Assembly: GCA_032718475.1 (NCBI GenBank)
Contig: JAUCBJ010003007.1
Coordinates: forward strand, 30,127-94,126
Direction of reading: 5' to 3'
Length of the DNA: 64,000 bases
Source of the DNA: Nemertoderma westbladi
Lineage: Eukaryota; Animalia; Xenacoelomorpha
The notes under the pieces were generated by a model. It made no database searches. It saw only the letters and a program-made list of their open reading frames with translations, and was not told where the DNA came from. Positions 50,727 through 62,400 of this stretch are shown here, piece by piece. The position numbers and the translations under genes are program-made. How positions within the stretch are numbered: the stretch's first letter is position 1; each line of letters begins with the position of its first letter.

Positions 50727-50869
50727 AAATCGTCAGAGCTTGAAACCGAAACCAATGGCGAAACCTCGCCACAACGTCCCACGATGTCGTGCTCTATACG
50801 ACTACGACGCACAAGATACCGATGAGTTAAGTCTCCAAGAGGGAGATGTTATACAGATAGTATCGGAAG
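50727..50869 (+). CDS. MYO1E: Myosin IE/IF exon (PKPMAKP plus N-terminal part of SH3)
   Basis: ttcag|AAAT ... GAAG|gttaga; encodes CRALYDYDAQDTDELSLQEGDVIQIVSE. Confidence 0.93.
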
Positions 50870-51065
50870 GTTAGAACGCGGGTAGTCTATTAATCATAGT
50901 GTCAAAAGACTCCTAGATTGAGATTAAGGTGGGAGTACACCCCCCTTAATAAGGTTCTTTGAATGAATAGAAAATCATTATTATGTTTACAAATTACAAA
51001 GTATTTATTTGATATTCAAGATACTATATAATTATCTGTCCCATCCCTGTCCTATATACATACAC

Positions 51066-51193
51066 TTGAAGATGCGGATGATCTAGCAAATGTCATGGGT
51101 GATAGGGAGTTGTGGCGGTGCAATTTTGTCGATAAGCCGGCACAGCATTCTTAAAAATGCAGCTGCAATGCAGCATGCCGATCCTAGTAGTAG
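51066..51193 (+). mobile_element. Heavily 5'-truncated RTE copy (same family as 56556-58900)
   Basis: Nearly identical to about 58767-58900 (3 differences seen), with a (TAG)n tail and 13-bp TSD TATATACATACAC (51053-51065 and 51194-51206). Confidence 0.93.
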
Positions 51194-51400
51194 TATATAC
51201 ATACACAAGTGAACACATATAATAGCACTATCAGCTGTACGGCATCCTAATGTAATTGACTACTATTAATAATGTAAATAATGTCCCTCCACCAATACCA
51301 ATAAATGATATCATACCAAGTCCTCTTTTTTGAGATCTACATGGAACAAGTGGATCTATTTAAAAAATAAAGTGTCCAATATCCGTTGGGGAAAGCAGAT

Positions 51401-54400
51401 CTAGCAACCTCCCAGTTTATGGTACTGTAATCGGTCTGGCTTGATGTGTGGACGATTACTACGCCATACAGTATCTGCGACTTTTGGTTTGGTAATCGAT
51501 AGTTGATTATTGTCTGGAGGAGATTGCAGTAACTCTTTCTGAACTGCACGTATATGGGCCCGATTGCGCCATAGAAGTCGTCCTGATGGGAATCGTAGTC
51601 GGTATCGACGGTGGTTTGTTGTTCCCACAACGATTGCCAGTCTATCCCAACGTTTTGAAATAACATCCTGTACGAGTACGGTTGCGCCTTCCACTATATT
51701 TGTGAGGGCGACAGCCGAACGGTCAAAATAAAATTTGCGTTTCTCTGACGTATTCAATCGGCTGTGATCTGCAGAATCAGCATTTTCCTGCCACTCAGGT
51801 GAATAAGCTTTCCAATGCGCGGGTAAAAGGGAGCGTAGTGGATGGCCATATAATCGCTGTGCTGGCGATAATCCGTCCTCATTTGGGGTGTTATGTAGCT
51901 CTAATAAACCGGCTGAGAAATCTTTACTATAAATCTCGCCACCAGTTTTTGCCAATAAAAGTTTTACTTTTTTCACATTAACTTCCGCATGACCGTTTCC
52001 AATAGGGTGATACGGCGAAGACGGGTTCCATTTAACACCCCAGTTCTGAAAGAAACAACGTGTTTGTTCTGCAGTAAACTGAGGACCATTATCCGTTGTG
52101 ATAATATTAGGAACACCATACATAGAGAATAACTTCTGGAATACCTTTGTAGTATCTGTTGCCGAAGGTGGGTGATTAAACTTCTCAACAATAATGTAAC
52201 CGGAGTATCTGTCAACATAAACAACATAGTGGTGGCTAGCATACTGGAAGAAATCAGCTGATACTGAAGCAAAAGCCCGGGACGGTATAACGTGATGTAA
52301 CATAGGTTCTAAAATCTGAGATGGTTGATAACGTTGGCACGCAGTACATGCTTCTACTGTTGACTTTATATCAGAAGAATAACCAGGCCAAAACACGCAT
52401 TGACGAGCACGGCGTTTGGTTCTTTCTATGCCCTGATGGCTGGCATGCAGCTTTCGCAAAACATCTTTTATGGCTGACGGTGGTATAACTATCTGTTGAC
52501 CTCTAAGTGTAAGGCCATCTTTAACAGAAAGTTCGTTTTGTGATTTTTTGAATTGATTGATATATTTGTTATCGACGTTAGCAAAACTATTTACTATCGC
52601 GTTTATAAGCTGCTGATAATCGGGATCTAAGTGGGCGGATTCCTGCAATTTTTCTAGAGTTAAGTCAGAGATGTTATGTACGGCTTCTTCTATAGCATTG
52701 ACAAATAAAACTTCCTGCTCAATTGCTAATGATTCAGACTCTTCGTTTTCAATATCTATATCCTCGATGGGAGCACGGGAGAGGGCATCTGGGATCGCAT
52801 GGTCTTTCCCCTTTTTCCAAATAACATTGAATGTGTATGCGTCAATTTGGATCGATAATTTAATACCCGGTTATTATCGATATCAACTAATCCATATTTA
52901 TTAAAAATGGACACCAAAGGTTGGTGATCTGTAATCACGGTGAAATCAGGGAGTCCTCCCAAATATAAATGGCATTTTCTAATCGACCACAAAATTGCCA
53001 ACGCTTCAAGTTCCAGCATCGCGTATCTTGTCTCTGCATCCTTTAAAAAACGGCTTCCACACTGGATGAGTCTCCATTTATCGGATTGTTTTTGTAACAA
53101 AACAAACCCGAGTCCATACTTCCTTGAAGCATCAGTTTGGAGGACTGTCTCACATGAGGGGTCAAACATTCCCAATATCGGCGGAGACACTAAAAGTTTT
53201 GTAACTTCTTTGAAAGCAATGGAATGCTCTATTAACCAATTGAATTCATTTTTTGTGCTGATTAGATCCCGTAATGGGCTTACTGCAACTGCTATTTGAG
53301 AACTGAACGAGCCCAATTGGTTTACAAGACCAAGAAAACTACGTAAATCAGACCTAGTTGTTGGTGTTGGAAATTCTGCAATAGCTTTTAATTTCGTACC
53401 ATTAACTGAAATATTACCATGAGAAAGTCTGTAGCCGACAAATTCGATTTCTTCCGCGCAGAGGATTGATTTATGTTTACTAATAGTGATGTTATGTCGT
53501 GCACATCGTTCTAGAACATTGCATACCAATCGAATGAGGCTATGTAATGTAGGGGCACCTATACCAATATCATTGATTACCTTTTGTACATTTAAGTCTA
53601 TAAGTGCACAATCCCCACGGAAGGAGTAGCTGTCTCCTGGGGAAACAAAACCCATTGGTGACCGAAGAAATTTAAATTTGCCGAAAGGGGTTATAAAAAT
53701 CGTCAAATTTTGAGCTGAAAAATCGAGAGGTAATAACCTTTCACAAAATCTAGTTTGGCAAAAAACTTGTCATCATTGGTAAATCCCGCAATAGCCTCTA
53801 TGGGAGTTTTGGTGTGGTAAGATGTTCTCAGCACTTGTGCATTTAATTTCGTAAGATCGACGCAAAGTCGAATGTCCCCATTTGGTTTGGGTGTCACTAC
53901 AATAGGGTGGCACCACTCAGTTGGCACATCACCCACAGGTTCGATAATCTTACTCTGTACCATGTAATCAAGGTTTTCCTTAACCTTATCTCGTATGGCA
54001 TATGGGATAAGTCGTGCTGTGTGTACAGCGTAAGGTTTGGCGTCGGGTTTGAGTGTGATTGACATGGGGGATCCTACTATTTTACCTTTCATTGGGCGTA
54101 GTGTATCAGTGGCATTAAATACTTTTGAATATACTGAAAGTAATTTTTCAGTTATTTCATCACTGGTTTTTCGTAACAAGTGATCGTCTTCGGGAAGTGT
54201 TTTAATCCAAGTCTCCCTGTCTGACCAAGTTTCAGAAACATCATTTTCTATGTCGGTGGCGATAGGACTAACTTTAGTGATCTCGTCTACAATGTATAGC
54301 TGTTCATGGTCACTATCAATATTATTTATTGTGAGAGCATGTTCCATAGGATGTGGAAATGTTGGACTTACAATTGTTAGGTTTCTGCAAGTTTCCAGTG

Positions 54401-54520
54401 ATAAGTAGCAACCAATGACGTCAAAACAAATAACAAATACTGTTGTCGCTGAATGGTCACCAACAACAACAGTCGCCTTAAAGGTACCTGTCTGTTCTAG
54501 AACGTTTCCACCCACAGCAG
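51401..54520 (-). pseudogene. Gypsy pol pseudogene
   Basis: Three ORF pieces separated by frameshifts near 53720 and 52850. The RT catalytic motif is mutated (VINDI instead of IVDD). RH TDASRKYGLG; IN TDNGPQF and GHAEVNV. Confidence 0.9.
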
Positions 54521-55541
54521 TAGTAGGGTCTTGGGCGGCTCTGCGACAGTTGGACCCCACTGACACCCATTGGGTGTCATATGACACCCAATTATCACCC
54601 TATGGGTGTCATTGGGTGTCATTGGCGCCAGACTGTCTGGCTGACACCTCCCAATTAGGCTAATTGGGAGGTGTCATCAATTAATTAGTACAATTAAACC
54701 CTAACAGGTGTCATATGACTCCTAATTAGGGTTTAATTGATTATCCTAATTAATCAGACTGATTAGCGCCCTGACACACAATGGGTCATCAGTGTTGTCC
54801 AACTGTCGCAGAGCCGGCTCAAGAGGGTGTCATAAGTGACACCGCAGCTCTTTTATTCATTAATACTTATTTATATTTAATTTTAATTAATTATTTGCAT
54901 TTTATTTTATTCGTATTTAATTCTAAATTAATTATTCATTTGTACTTTATGGGTATACAGCTCCCTTACTGGTAACTAATTACTCTTATCTATATCCAGA
55001 CAGCTTTATCGTTGACCTTTGACCTTTGACCCCCCAATTAGCTTTAACCAAGCAACAGCATATTAATGATAGTTGTATCCAAGCGCCCCTGCCCCCACCC
55101 CGTGACAGCTCTGATTACTAATTACTCTTACATATATCCAACCGCCTGCAGTTCCATAGTCTGCCGCTAGAGGGCGTATTATCTGAAAATTAACATCTTC
55201 TCTAACTTTGTTATTTTCAATTTAACTATTTATTTATATTTAATTTTAATTAATTAATTGTACTTTATTTTACTTTATTTATTCATTTGTAGTTTATTTT
55301 AAATTAATTAATTGTATATATTACTTTTACTTTATACATTGATTTTTAATTTTAGATTAATTAGTTTTTATAAACCCATGAGATCACTATGACATAATGT
55401 CTATTTTTAGCTCTATGGTTTATAGATCCCTTATCGTTAACTTTATAATCTTTCCTCTCGCGGCCCCTTTGTCTTCGTTATTCAATGGCGCCACTCTGCC
55501 TACCATTGAATAACATTGGGCATTCATTATCTCGCCTAATG

Positions 55542-55670
55542 TGACGTCATCAAAGCTGCTCTCTGATTGGTTTAATTATACAGTCTTTTCTCCCTCCTGT
55601 TCCCCGATTGGCTAACCCATTCTAGCCCCCTCTATAATAGCCCCCGTTCACCACATTCCCAATCATTGTC
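55542..55670 (+). promoter_or_regulatory. Compact Pol II promoter for the orphan ORF
   Basis: CRE palindrome TGACGTCA (55542), two inverted CCAAT boxes (55566 and 55607), TATAATA (55633) and an Inr-like TCATT about 30 nt downstream. The ATG is at 55759. Confidence 0.6.
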
Positions 55671-56555
55671 TCTTTGTTTTCCTGAAAAGTTTTAATTATT
55701 TTCGTAAAAGTATTTATTTATTTTTATTTCCTAAACGAGTTACCGGTACACAATCACAATGGCACATTCAGAAATCAGCTATTCAAGCAACGATCTGGTT
55801 TGCAACGAAAATCAGTTTATGCTACAAGACAACTCGTTTGGTCTATATTTCGATTCGGCGAACAAACTCTTCCCGTTAACGATAAATACAACCTTAAACC
55901 AACCCATCCCGATTCCGGCAAACTACGCGCACTTTATTTTCCGTGCCTGCTACGAACTTCACGATGGACAATATCAAACCCTCGACGATAATAAACTTCA
56001 TTCCTCCTACCACGGTTTCAAACTTTTAAAAAGGGACAACAAAATAACGTTCAATCTAACTACTTCGCCCGAGACGTTTACGATTCCAACTAGCATAGTC
56101 GAATATCGATACAAAGTTGTATCAGTGATTCAGAAATTGATTTACAGATAACCGAGAGAAAATTTAACGAATCCTTTACTATAGCTAACACGATTCAAGC
56201 GCGCGAGGCTCTAATAAGATTCAAGGCTATGGCTATACAATTTGCTTTCAAACCAAAGCAGATTACGATCCCCAATCACCAACGCTATCTCATAAATAGC
56301 AGTATCGCAGCCTTTATCTATAAGTTCAAATCCGAAAAATATATCGGTATCTGGCCCATTTTAATGAAAGACGAAGAGAATACCACTTTTCAGTTCATCA
56401 ACGGTCTCAATATTAGGGGCAGCGATTTTCTCGCGATAAATATAACCAACCCACCCAACTCTCAATACTATCTCAGTCCTTACATTCATATCGAGAACAA
56501 ACCAACAGAAATTATATTCACCAATACGAAAAATACCAACACCATTACCCTATCC

Positions 56556-58900
56556 CGATAGACCATATTCTGTTTCGTAGGAAATACAGGAGCTCTATAC
56601 AAGACTGTAATGCATTTACACTTCGACCCTTCTCCAGTGATCACCGCCTTATTGTGGCCAAGGTAAGACTTAGTCTGCGTGCTAGCAGAACAACGAAATC
56701 TGCCTTGCCACGGCATGACTGGTCCTCTCTGTTGCAACAGCCAAGTGTGAGATCCAGCTTCACACTACAGCTGAGCAACAGGTATGAGGCTCTTGCCTCT
56801 GAGGCGGCAGATCACTGTGAGGGCTATACTGCCTTTACAGAAGCAGTTAAGTTAGCAGCTGCAGAAACAGTTCCTGTATACCCTCGAAACAGGAAAAGGG
56901 CCCCCTGGACTGACAACAAAATTCAGAAGTGCCGAAATGACCTTCATAAGGCGCAGAAAGAGTCCCGACTCAAACAGACTACAGCGGCCAAGAATGCAGT
57001 TAAAGCTGCATCTAGGTCCCTGAACAGGCAGTACTCTGTTAATCTACAGAAGCTAATAAACCAACAGGTTGATGCCATCAATGATGCTGACGACAGCAGG
57101 CAATCATCCCAGGCATGGAAATCGATCAATCTGCTTACTGGGCGGAAAAGCCAACCAACCACCAAGGTTAAGGCTGAATCACCAGCCGATCGCCTCAATG
57201 GTTGGAAAGCCCACTTTGAAAAGCTCCTCAATAATGACAGGGTATTGCCTGATAACTTTATAGAAGTAAAAGTGTCTGAGTCTGTACTCCCAGATATTCC
57301 CATTGGCGATATCTCCTTTGCAGAAGTGAAGGCTGCTGCAAAGAGCATTAAGACCAATCGTGCCAGTGGAGTAGATGGCGTTCCCCCTGAGGTCTTTAAA
57401 ATACCTGAGTGTTTAAAGCTCATCTATCCCATCATAGTAGACATGTACCGTACAACAAGAGTCCCACAAGAAATGAAAACAAATAAGTTGGTGCCAGTTC
57501 CCAAGAAGGGCAACCTAACACTCTATGGTTCTTTTCGGGGAATCTCATTGATCTCGATTGCTGCAAAACTATACAATAGAATTCTATTAAATCGCATCAG
57601 GGATCCCATTGAGAGACTGCTACGTGGAAATCAGAATGGGTTCCGTAAAGGTCGTGGGACCATGGAGCCCATTTTGGCACTTAGAAGGATAATTGAAGAG
57701 TTATCAAAAAAGAAAGACAGGCATCTGGCTGTTATCTTTGTTGACTTCTTCAAGGCCTTTGATTCAGTCTCTCGCTCACGTATGTTCAGCATACTTTCAT
57801 TATATGGGATTCCTGATGAAATTATTGCAGCAATCAGATCAGTATACGATGGTTCGACAACATTTGTGTCTACTGTTGACGGTGACACAGAACCATTTGA
57901 AGTGTTATGGGGCGTCCTCCAAGGAGACACACTTGCACCATTCTTGTTCATTATTGTGGTTGACTATGTTCTACGCATGTCCTTAGATCATCATAATGAT
58001 GATGGGGTGATGATAACTCCACCTACTGGCTCCAGAAGTCGAGGAAATCCTGCCAAGTACCTAACTGATCTAGACTTTGCTGATGACTTAGGAGTACTCT
58101 CAGAATCATTAGAGGGAGCCCAGCGGCTCCTCAGCTCATTAGAACATGCTGCTTCTAGTGTTGGTCTTTTTATTAACTCCAGAAAGACCAAAATTCTGAC
58201 AGTTAACTTTGAAAGTCCTCAGCAAGTCTCTGATCGGATGAGCATAAGCTCAAAGGATGGTATGCTTGAGCATGTGGACGACTTCTGTTACCTGGGATCA
58301 TGGATCCGGAAGTCAGGTGAGGACCTTCGAATACGTAAGGGAAAGGCATGGGCAGCCTTGAATAGGCTTTCCAGGATTTGGAAGTCACCTAGAATTAATC
58401 GGAAACTTAAGGTCCGATTATTTAGAGCAGCAGTAGTTCCAGTACTCCTCTACGGGAGTCCATGCTGGGCTCTAACTGCTGAGGACACCAAATCTCTGGA
58501 TGGCACATTCACAAGAATGCTACGCCGGGTACATTGTGTCAAGTACAATGCACACATCTCCAACCAGACACTATATAACATTGGAGGTGTCTCATTGGTT
58601 CCCCCAAGCTTGACACTAGAACAAAATCGCCTCCGCTTTGCAGGACATTGCTTTCGCCGTGAGGACCAGCCAGTGCATAATCTTGTACTTTGGCAGCCTC
58701 ATGGAGTGAATAAGCATGGTGGACAGCCCATGACTTTCTTGAGACGCATCTTAAAGGACACTGGCCTTAAAGATGCGGATGATCTAGCAAATGTCATGGG
58801 TGATAGGGAGTTGTGGCGGTGCAATTTTGTTGATAAGCCGGCACAGCATTCTTAAAAATGCAGCTGCAATGCAGCATGCCGATGCTAGTAGTAGTAGTAG
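56556..58900 (+). mobile_element. 5'-truncated RTE-clade non-LTR retrotransposon (second family)
   Basis: 10-bp TSD TACCCTATCC (56546-56555 and 58901-58910) and (TAG)n tail; begins inside the EN domain. Confidence 0.94.
56558..58855 (+). CDS. RTE ORF lacking most of the endonuclease; RT frame intact
   Basis: IDHIL..SDHR, QNGFR, DFFKAFDS, QGDTLAP, DFADD and RLRFAGHC motifs; no native start codon. Confidence 0.9.
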   Translation: MDHILFRRKYRSSIQDCNAFTLRPFSSDHRLIVAKVRLSLRASRTTKSALPRHDWSSLLQQPSVRSSFTLQLSNRYEALASEAADHCEGYTAFTEAVKLAAAETVPVYPRNRKRAPWTDNKIQKCRNDLHKAQKESRLKQTTAAKNAVKAASRSLNRQYSVNLQKLINQQVDAINDADDSRQSSQAWKSINLLTGRKSQPTTKVKAESPADRLNGWKAHFEKLLNNDRVLPDNFIEVKVSESVLPDIPIGDISFAEVKAAAKSIKTNRASGVDGVPPEVFKIPECLKLIYPIIVDMYRTTRVPQEMKTNKLVPVPKKGNLTLYGSFRGISLISIAAKLYNRILLNRIRDPIERLLRGNQNGFRKGRGTMEPILALRRIIEELSKKKDRHLAVIFVDFFKAFDSVSRSRMFSILSLYGIPDEIIAAIRSVYDGSTTFVSTVDGDTEPFEVLWGVLQGDTLAPFLFIIVVDYVLRMSLDHHNDDGVMITPPTGSRSRGNPAKYLTDLDFADDLGVLSESLEGAQRLLSSLEHAASSVGLFINSRKTKILTVNFESPQQVSDRMSISSKDGMLEHVDDFCYLGSWIRKSGEDLRIRKGKAWAALNRLSRIWKSPRINRKLKVRLFRAAVVPVLLYGSPCWALTAEDTKSLDGTFTRMLRRVHCVKYNAHISNQTLYNIGGVSLVPPSLTLEQNRLRFAGHCFRREDQPVHNLVLWQPHGVNKHGGQPMTFLRRILKDTGLKDADDLANVMGDRELWRCNFVDKPAQHS

Positions 58901-59718
58901 TACCCTATCCAACGACTTTACCATCGCGCGCCTTTTCGAATTACTAAAACGTTCTCTCAGAGAAGGCATCTTTCTCCCGCAGCAAACACACCTTAATCTA
59001 TTTCATCCCCCAAGAAAAGGTTATCTCAACAAACTATTAAAGAGAAAATTATCGCAGCCATTAATAGTATCGGATCCTAAAAGGGTTAAACCAAACGTTA
59101 CTCTCGGAGACCAGCAACCCTATTAATGTAAACAGTCTCTATTTATTAAAAACTGTTCTGATTATATCTTTTGTTATTGTTGATGTTCTTATATTATTTA
59201 TTATTAATGTTGTTGGTAAATTATTTAATATTGATGTTATCGGTAAATTATTTATTCTTGTTTCCCCATATTGTTTAAAAATATAAGATGTTTAACCGGT
59301 TATTTTTCATTTTTCTCTACTAGTTAATCTATTCTATGAGAGCGAGCTATGAAGTAAGTGAGTCTCAGCATACCACTAATGACCCCTACTGCTTCTTCGT
59401 AATCAATTTGAATGTTAACCCCTAAATAAACAGCCAATCCCTATGAATTCTTTACAAACTCGATATGCAAGTTGTTTATCAGAGTTGATTTTAATTAAAA
59501 TATAATATTTAGCGATTTTCGTGATTAATGCTATAAATTATATTCACCAAAATGAAAATATCCACGCTATTACTCTATCCATCAAGCGATGCTTTGTATG
59601 TATTGATGGCGAGCAAAGTTTTCAGCGCGCCCACCTCTAAGCTGTAAGTATGCTGTTCTGCCCTATCATAGACACTCTGTCTTTTAGATGCTTCACTGTT
59701 AATATTAAGCCGTTAGCC

Positions 59719-60300
59719 ATGGCGCCGCTGATAAGCCGCGAGGATATTCAAAGGCTTTGGTTTGATTGTTCATACTATGGATAGTTCAATGAAATCGTGA
59801 AAGGGAGGGCCGCATGGGTTGAGAGTGATAGCCCTTATTAACCCGAGGAATTCTTAAAGGTGACCATGAATAGATCAATGAAACATTAAAGGGGGGGACC
59901 GCATATGTTGGGAATGAAAACCCTTCAACCGCCTTTTACCCAGATTTACGTAAGATCGAGGGAGGATGTAAAGGAAAATACAGTCATAGCTTTAATGCCC
60001 CATTTGGTTAAAGTAGAGCAAATTTAGCTTTCACCTAAGGGTTATCACTCCATGCGACTGCAAAATTTAAAATTCCTGAAAATTTCGCGAACAAAGATTG
60101 CACCTGGGGGGAGGTTGTAGGTGAACGAAGGTTGCACCCAGCCATCCTGTAATTATACTTATAGTATTTCACTCGTTTTACTATTTTACTATACAACGAG
60201 TTCAATCCCACTCTCCAATGAATTTTTAGTAGTATGATTGATAGTAAGCCATTCAAGGAGACAGTTAATGCGTTAGTAGACTGGTAGACGCGGACCTACA
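59719..60300 (+). pseudogene. Decayed ORF of unknown function
   Basis: ATG in GCCATGG context, then MAPLISREDIQRLWFDCSYYG*FNEIVKGRAAW... with several in-frame stops. Confidence 0.3.
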
Positions 60301-60605
60301 CGATTTCGTCCATTGTATAAATTATGCTTTGTATACAAATGATGAACTAATGGTGGACTCCATGTACATCCTACTGTAGGTTTGCTTTCTATCCGCTGTA
60401 AACAATTAATCAGTTAAATCTATTGTAAAATTAATCCAAATTAACATTTGCGCCTGCCTACTCTGATATTCCCAGGTCTACCCAACTTAAAAATCCTGGC
60501 TATAAACCTGATCCACACTTGAGGTGTAAATACATTGCATCCACTTCACCAAGGTGGAACATTTGTAATTGTATTTAAGATTTATTTTCATGAGTCACAT
60601 AATAA

Positions 60606-60668
60606 CCCCAATACTATCGGGCTATAAAATGTTGTACAAATACCGGGGGGAGGGTCATAATGACCCTG
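60606..60668 (+). mobile_element. Possible degenerate piggyBac-like terminal sequence
   Basis: ATAA|CCCC start, then a G-run and the palindrome AGGGTCATAATGACCCT. No partner end was found. Confidence 0.3.
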
Positions 60669-61867
60669 GTCGGGGGTAGGGAATCGAATCTGTGAGAATC
60701 TGCGTATCCTATTTGGTGTTTACTTTTTATATTTTCCGCGAAGCGACGGCAAACCTGAAAATTTCGCGGATAGAGAATTATAAATATATATGGTGAGCAT
60801 AGTGCTACGCGAAGGCTCCATGGCAGATGTATTTTAGCTATGGACTCGTATATCCATTCTACTCTACTATAGCCAGACTGTCTTCGAGGTGCCCCGTTAG
60901 CCTTGGCGCCGCTAATTTTGCATGAGGGCCGGCCATGGTCTTATATGTAGTTCTCTCTCTCTAGCAATATAGCCCATGTTCACAATGTTACGCCCGAGGG
61001 GGCTCTCTCATCCACCCGATATAAGACTTAGCGGCACACCGCACACAAAGCCTTTGTCGATCCCAGCAAGTTAGCCTCCTGCTGCGTGATCTTTTATATG
61101 CAAATAATCTCTGATGGTTGCGCATAAAAATTTTGCTTACTATTACATAATTATGTTAGTATTAGGACTATTTATCCTTAATAATTATATTAGAATTATA
61201 AATGTATTTACCCCCACATTATTTATTACTATTAGGTCTATTTATTCAAGAAATTATATGTTTTTATAATATACTTTGGAAAATTAGTCGACTAAGTCCT
61301 AATTTTTAAAACTTTAAATATGGGTTGAGTTATTTTATAAAGTTAAGAAGAATGAACCAATAGAGGGAGCCTGAAGTCTAATCTCTTGGCCTTTACTCAC
61401 ATTAACTCCCAAGGTTGCATACTATAACTATAGCCGGGGGAGTCAAAGCTAGAGTGTATGCTAGAGTTAACCAAGAGCTAGGAAAAAGAATAATGCTCTT
61501 CTAGGGTCCAAACTCACATCCCTCCAATTAGAGAACTAAGCAAATGATCAGCTTGAAGGTCTTAGACCCTTAATCTGAGGCATCGAGCAGCCAATGAGGG
61601 AGCAGATGCGAGTACAGTGGTAAAGCCCATCCATAGTGAGATAGCGTTGCACTAGCTCTCAAGGATAGGTATACTCACCATTCAAATATCCCTCGCAAAC
61701 CAGAGTCCCCCAACATCTAAAGTATTCCACTTCAATGTAAAATATATAATGCAATATAACTCGAATATTTCTGTTTTTATAATATAAATATTAATTGTAG
61801 CATAAATTTATATTTTAATATAAATATAATGTGAAAATTCAATATTATCAAATGGCATTGCTATATA

Positions 61868-61960
61868 ATGCATAGACATGACAGTTGTTTGGTTTGTAAT
61901 AAAGAAATGAGACAAGACAATTTATCTCGTCATATGGAAACACATAGAAAGGAAAACTAA
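61868..61960 (+). CDS. 30-aa C2H2 zinc-finger mini-ORF or gene remnant
   Basis: MHRHDSCLVCNKEMRQDNLSRHMETHRKEN* with exact C-x2-C-x12-H-x3-H spacing. Confidence 0.55.
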   Translation: MHRHDSCLVCNKEMRQDNLSRHMETHRKEN

Positions 61961-62164
61961 TGGCTCCGTTACCAAAAAATTTAAAAAATCCGAAGATATT
62001 TTTAGTGAAGATGAAAAGAAAAAGAGAGTTGAGCGTGATATATTAAATATAAAACAGCCAATGGAAAATAAATTTCATAAAGTTATAATATTTTGAAAGG
62101 GATACAAAAACAGTTACCCCTAGAAAATGAGGAAAATTTGAGTGAGAAAGATGGAGAAGAGGTA

Positions 62165-62400
62165 AAATAGGAAAAACATATGCTCACAGGTTCGATCCCT
62201 ATTCATATCCCGTTTTATGGGAATTATAAAAAGTAGACACAAAATAGGAAAAACAGCTGGTAACGGGTTCAAGCCCTACTCGCGACCATTATAAAACCAA
62301 CACAAAATAAGTTATGCCAGGGTTCGAGTCCTACTAATGCAATTATAAAAAGTAGGTAACACGGATGCTCATGGCTTCAAACCCTACTCACGGAGAAATA
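62165..62400 (+). promoter_or_regulatory. Array of tRNA T-arm/Pol III B-box-like motifs (copy 1, 4 units)
   Basis: GGTTCGATCC (62189), GGTTCAAGCC (62266), GGTTCGAGTCC (62321) and GCTTCAAACC (62374) in A-rich spacers. Confidence 0.6.

Larger units (their letters stand above)
27906..50869 (+). other. MYO1E: Long-tailed class I myosin gene (MYO1E/MYO1F-like), partial span of 8 internal exons
   Basis: Spliced translation follows the myosin-IE pattern: [28 protein letters not shown] motif, TH1 (FADTVNKYDRRFK, VFKTE), IGPGLP, SH3 (CRALYDYDAQDTDELSL). All intron phases match. Confidence 0.93.
50960..54520 (-). mobile_element. Decayed Ty3/Gypsy (Mag-like) element, 3' portion; LTR limits approximate
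   Basis: PR-end, RT, RH and IN fragments of the same lineage as the 829-5481 element. Purine tract AAAAAAGAGGA (minus) near 51321-51331 and AATAAA (minus) near 51004. Confidence 0.8.
55759..59126 (+). pseudogene. Orphan intronless gene (about 335 aa reconstructed), broken by one frameshift and an RTE insertion
   Basis: 55759 to about 56120, then a frameshift into an open frame (DSEIDLQITER...KAMAIQF...NTITLS, to 56555). It resumes in frame at 58911 (NDFTIARL...QQPY*) after the TSD. Confidence 0.7.

Noticed and set aside
54519-54526. AGTAGTAG as an RTE (TAG)n tail
   Set aside because: No RTE sequence upstream and no TSD; it coincides with the Gypsy breakpoint and the start of the structured region.
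54521-54663. N-terminus of the 294-aa ORF 53703-54587 and ORF 54415-54663
   Set aside because: Chimeric frames running into the inserted element's terminal hairpin.
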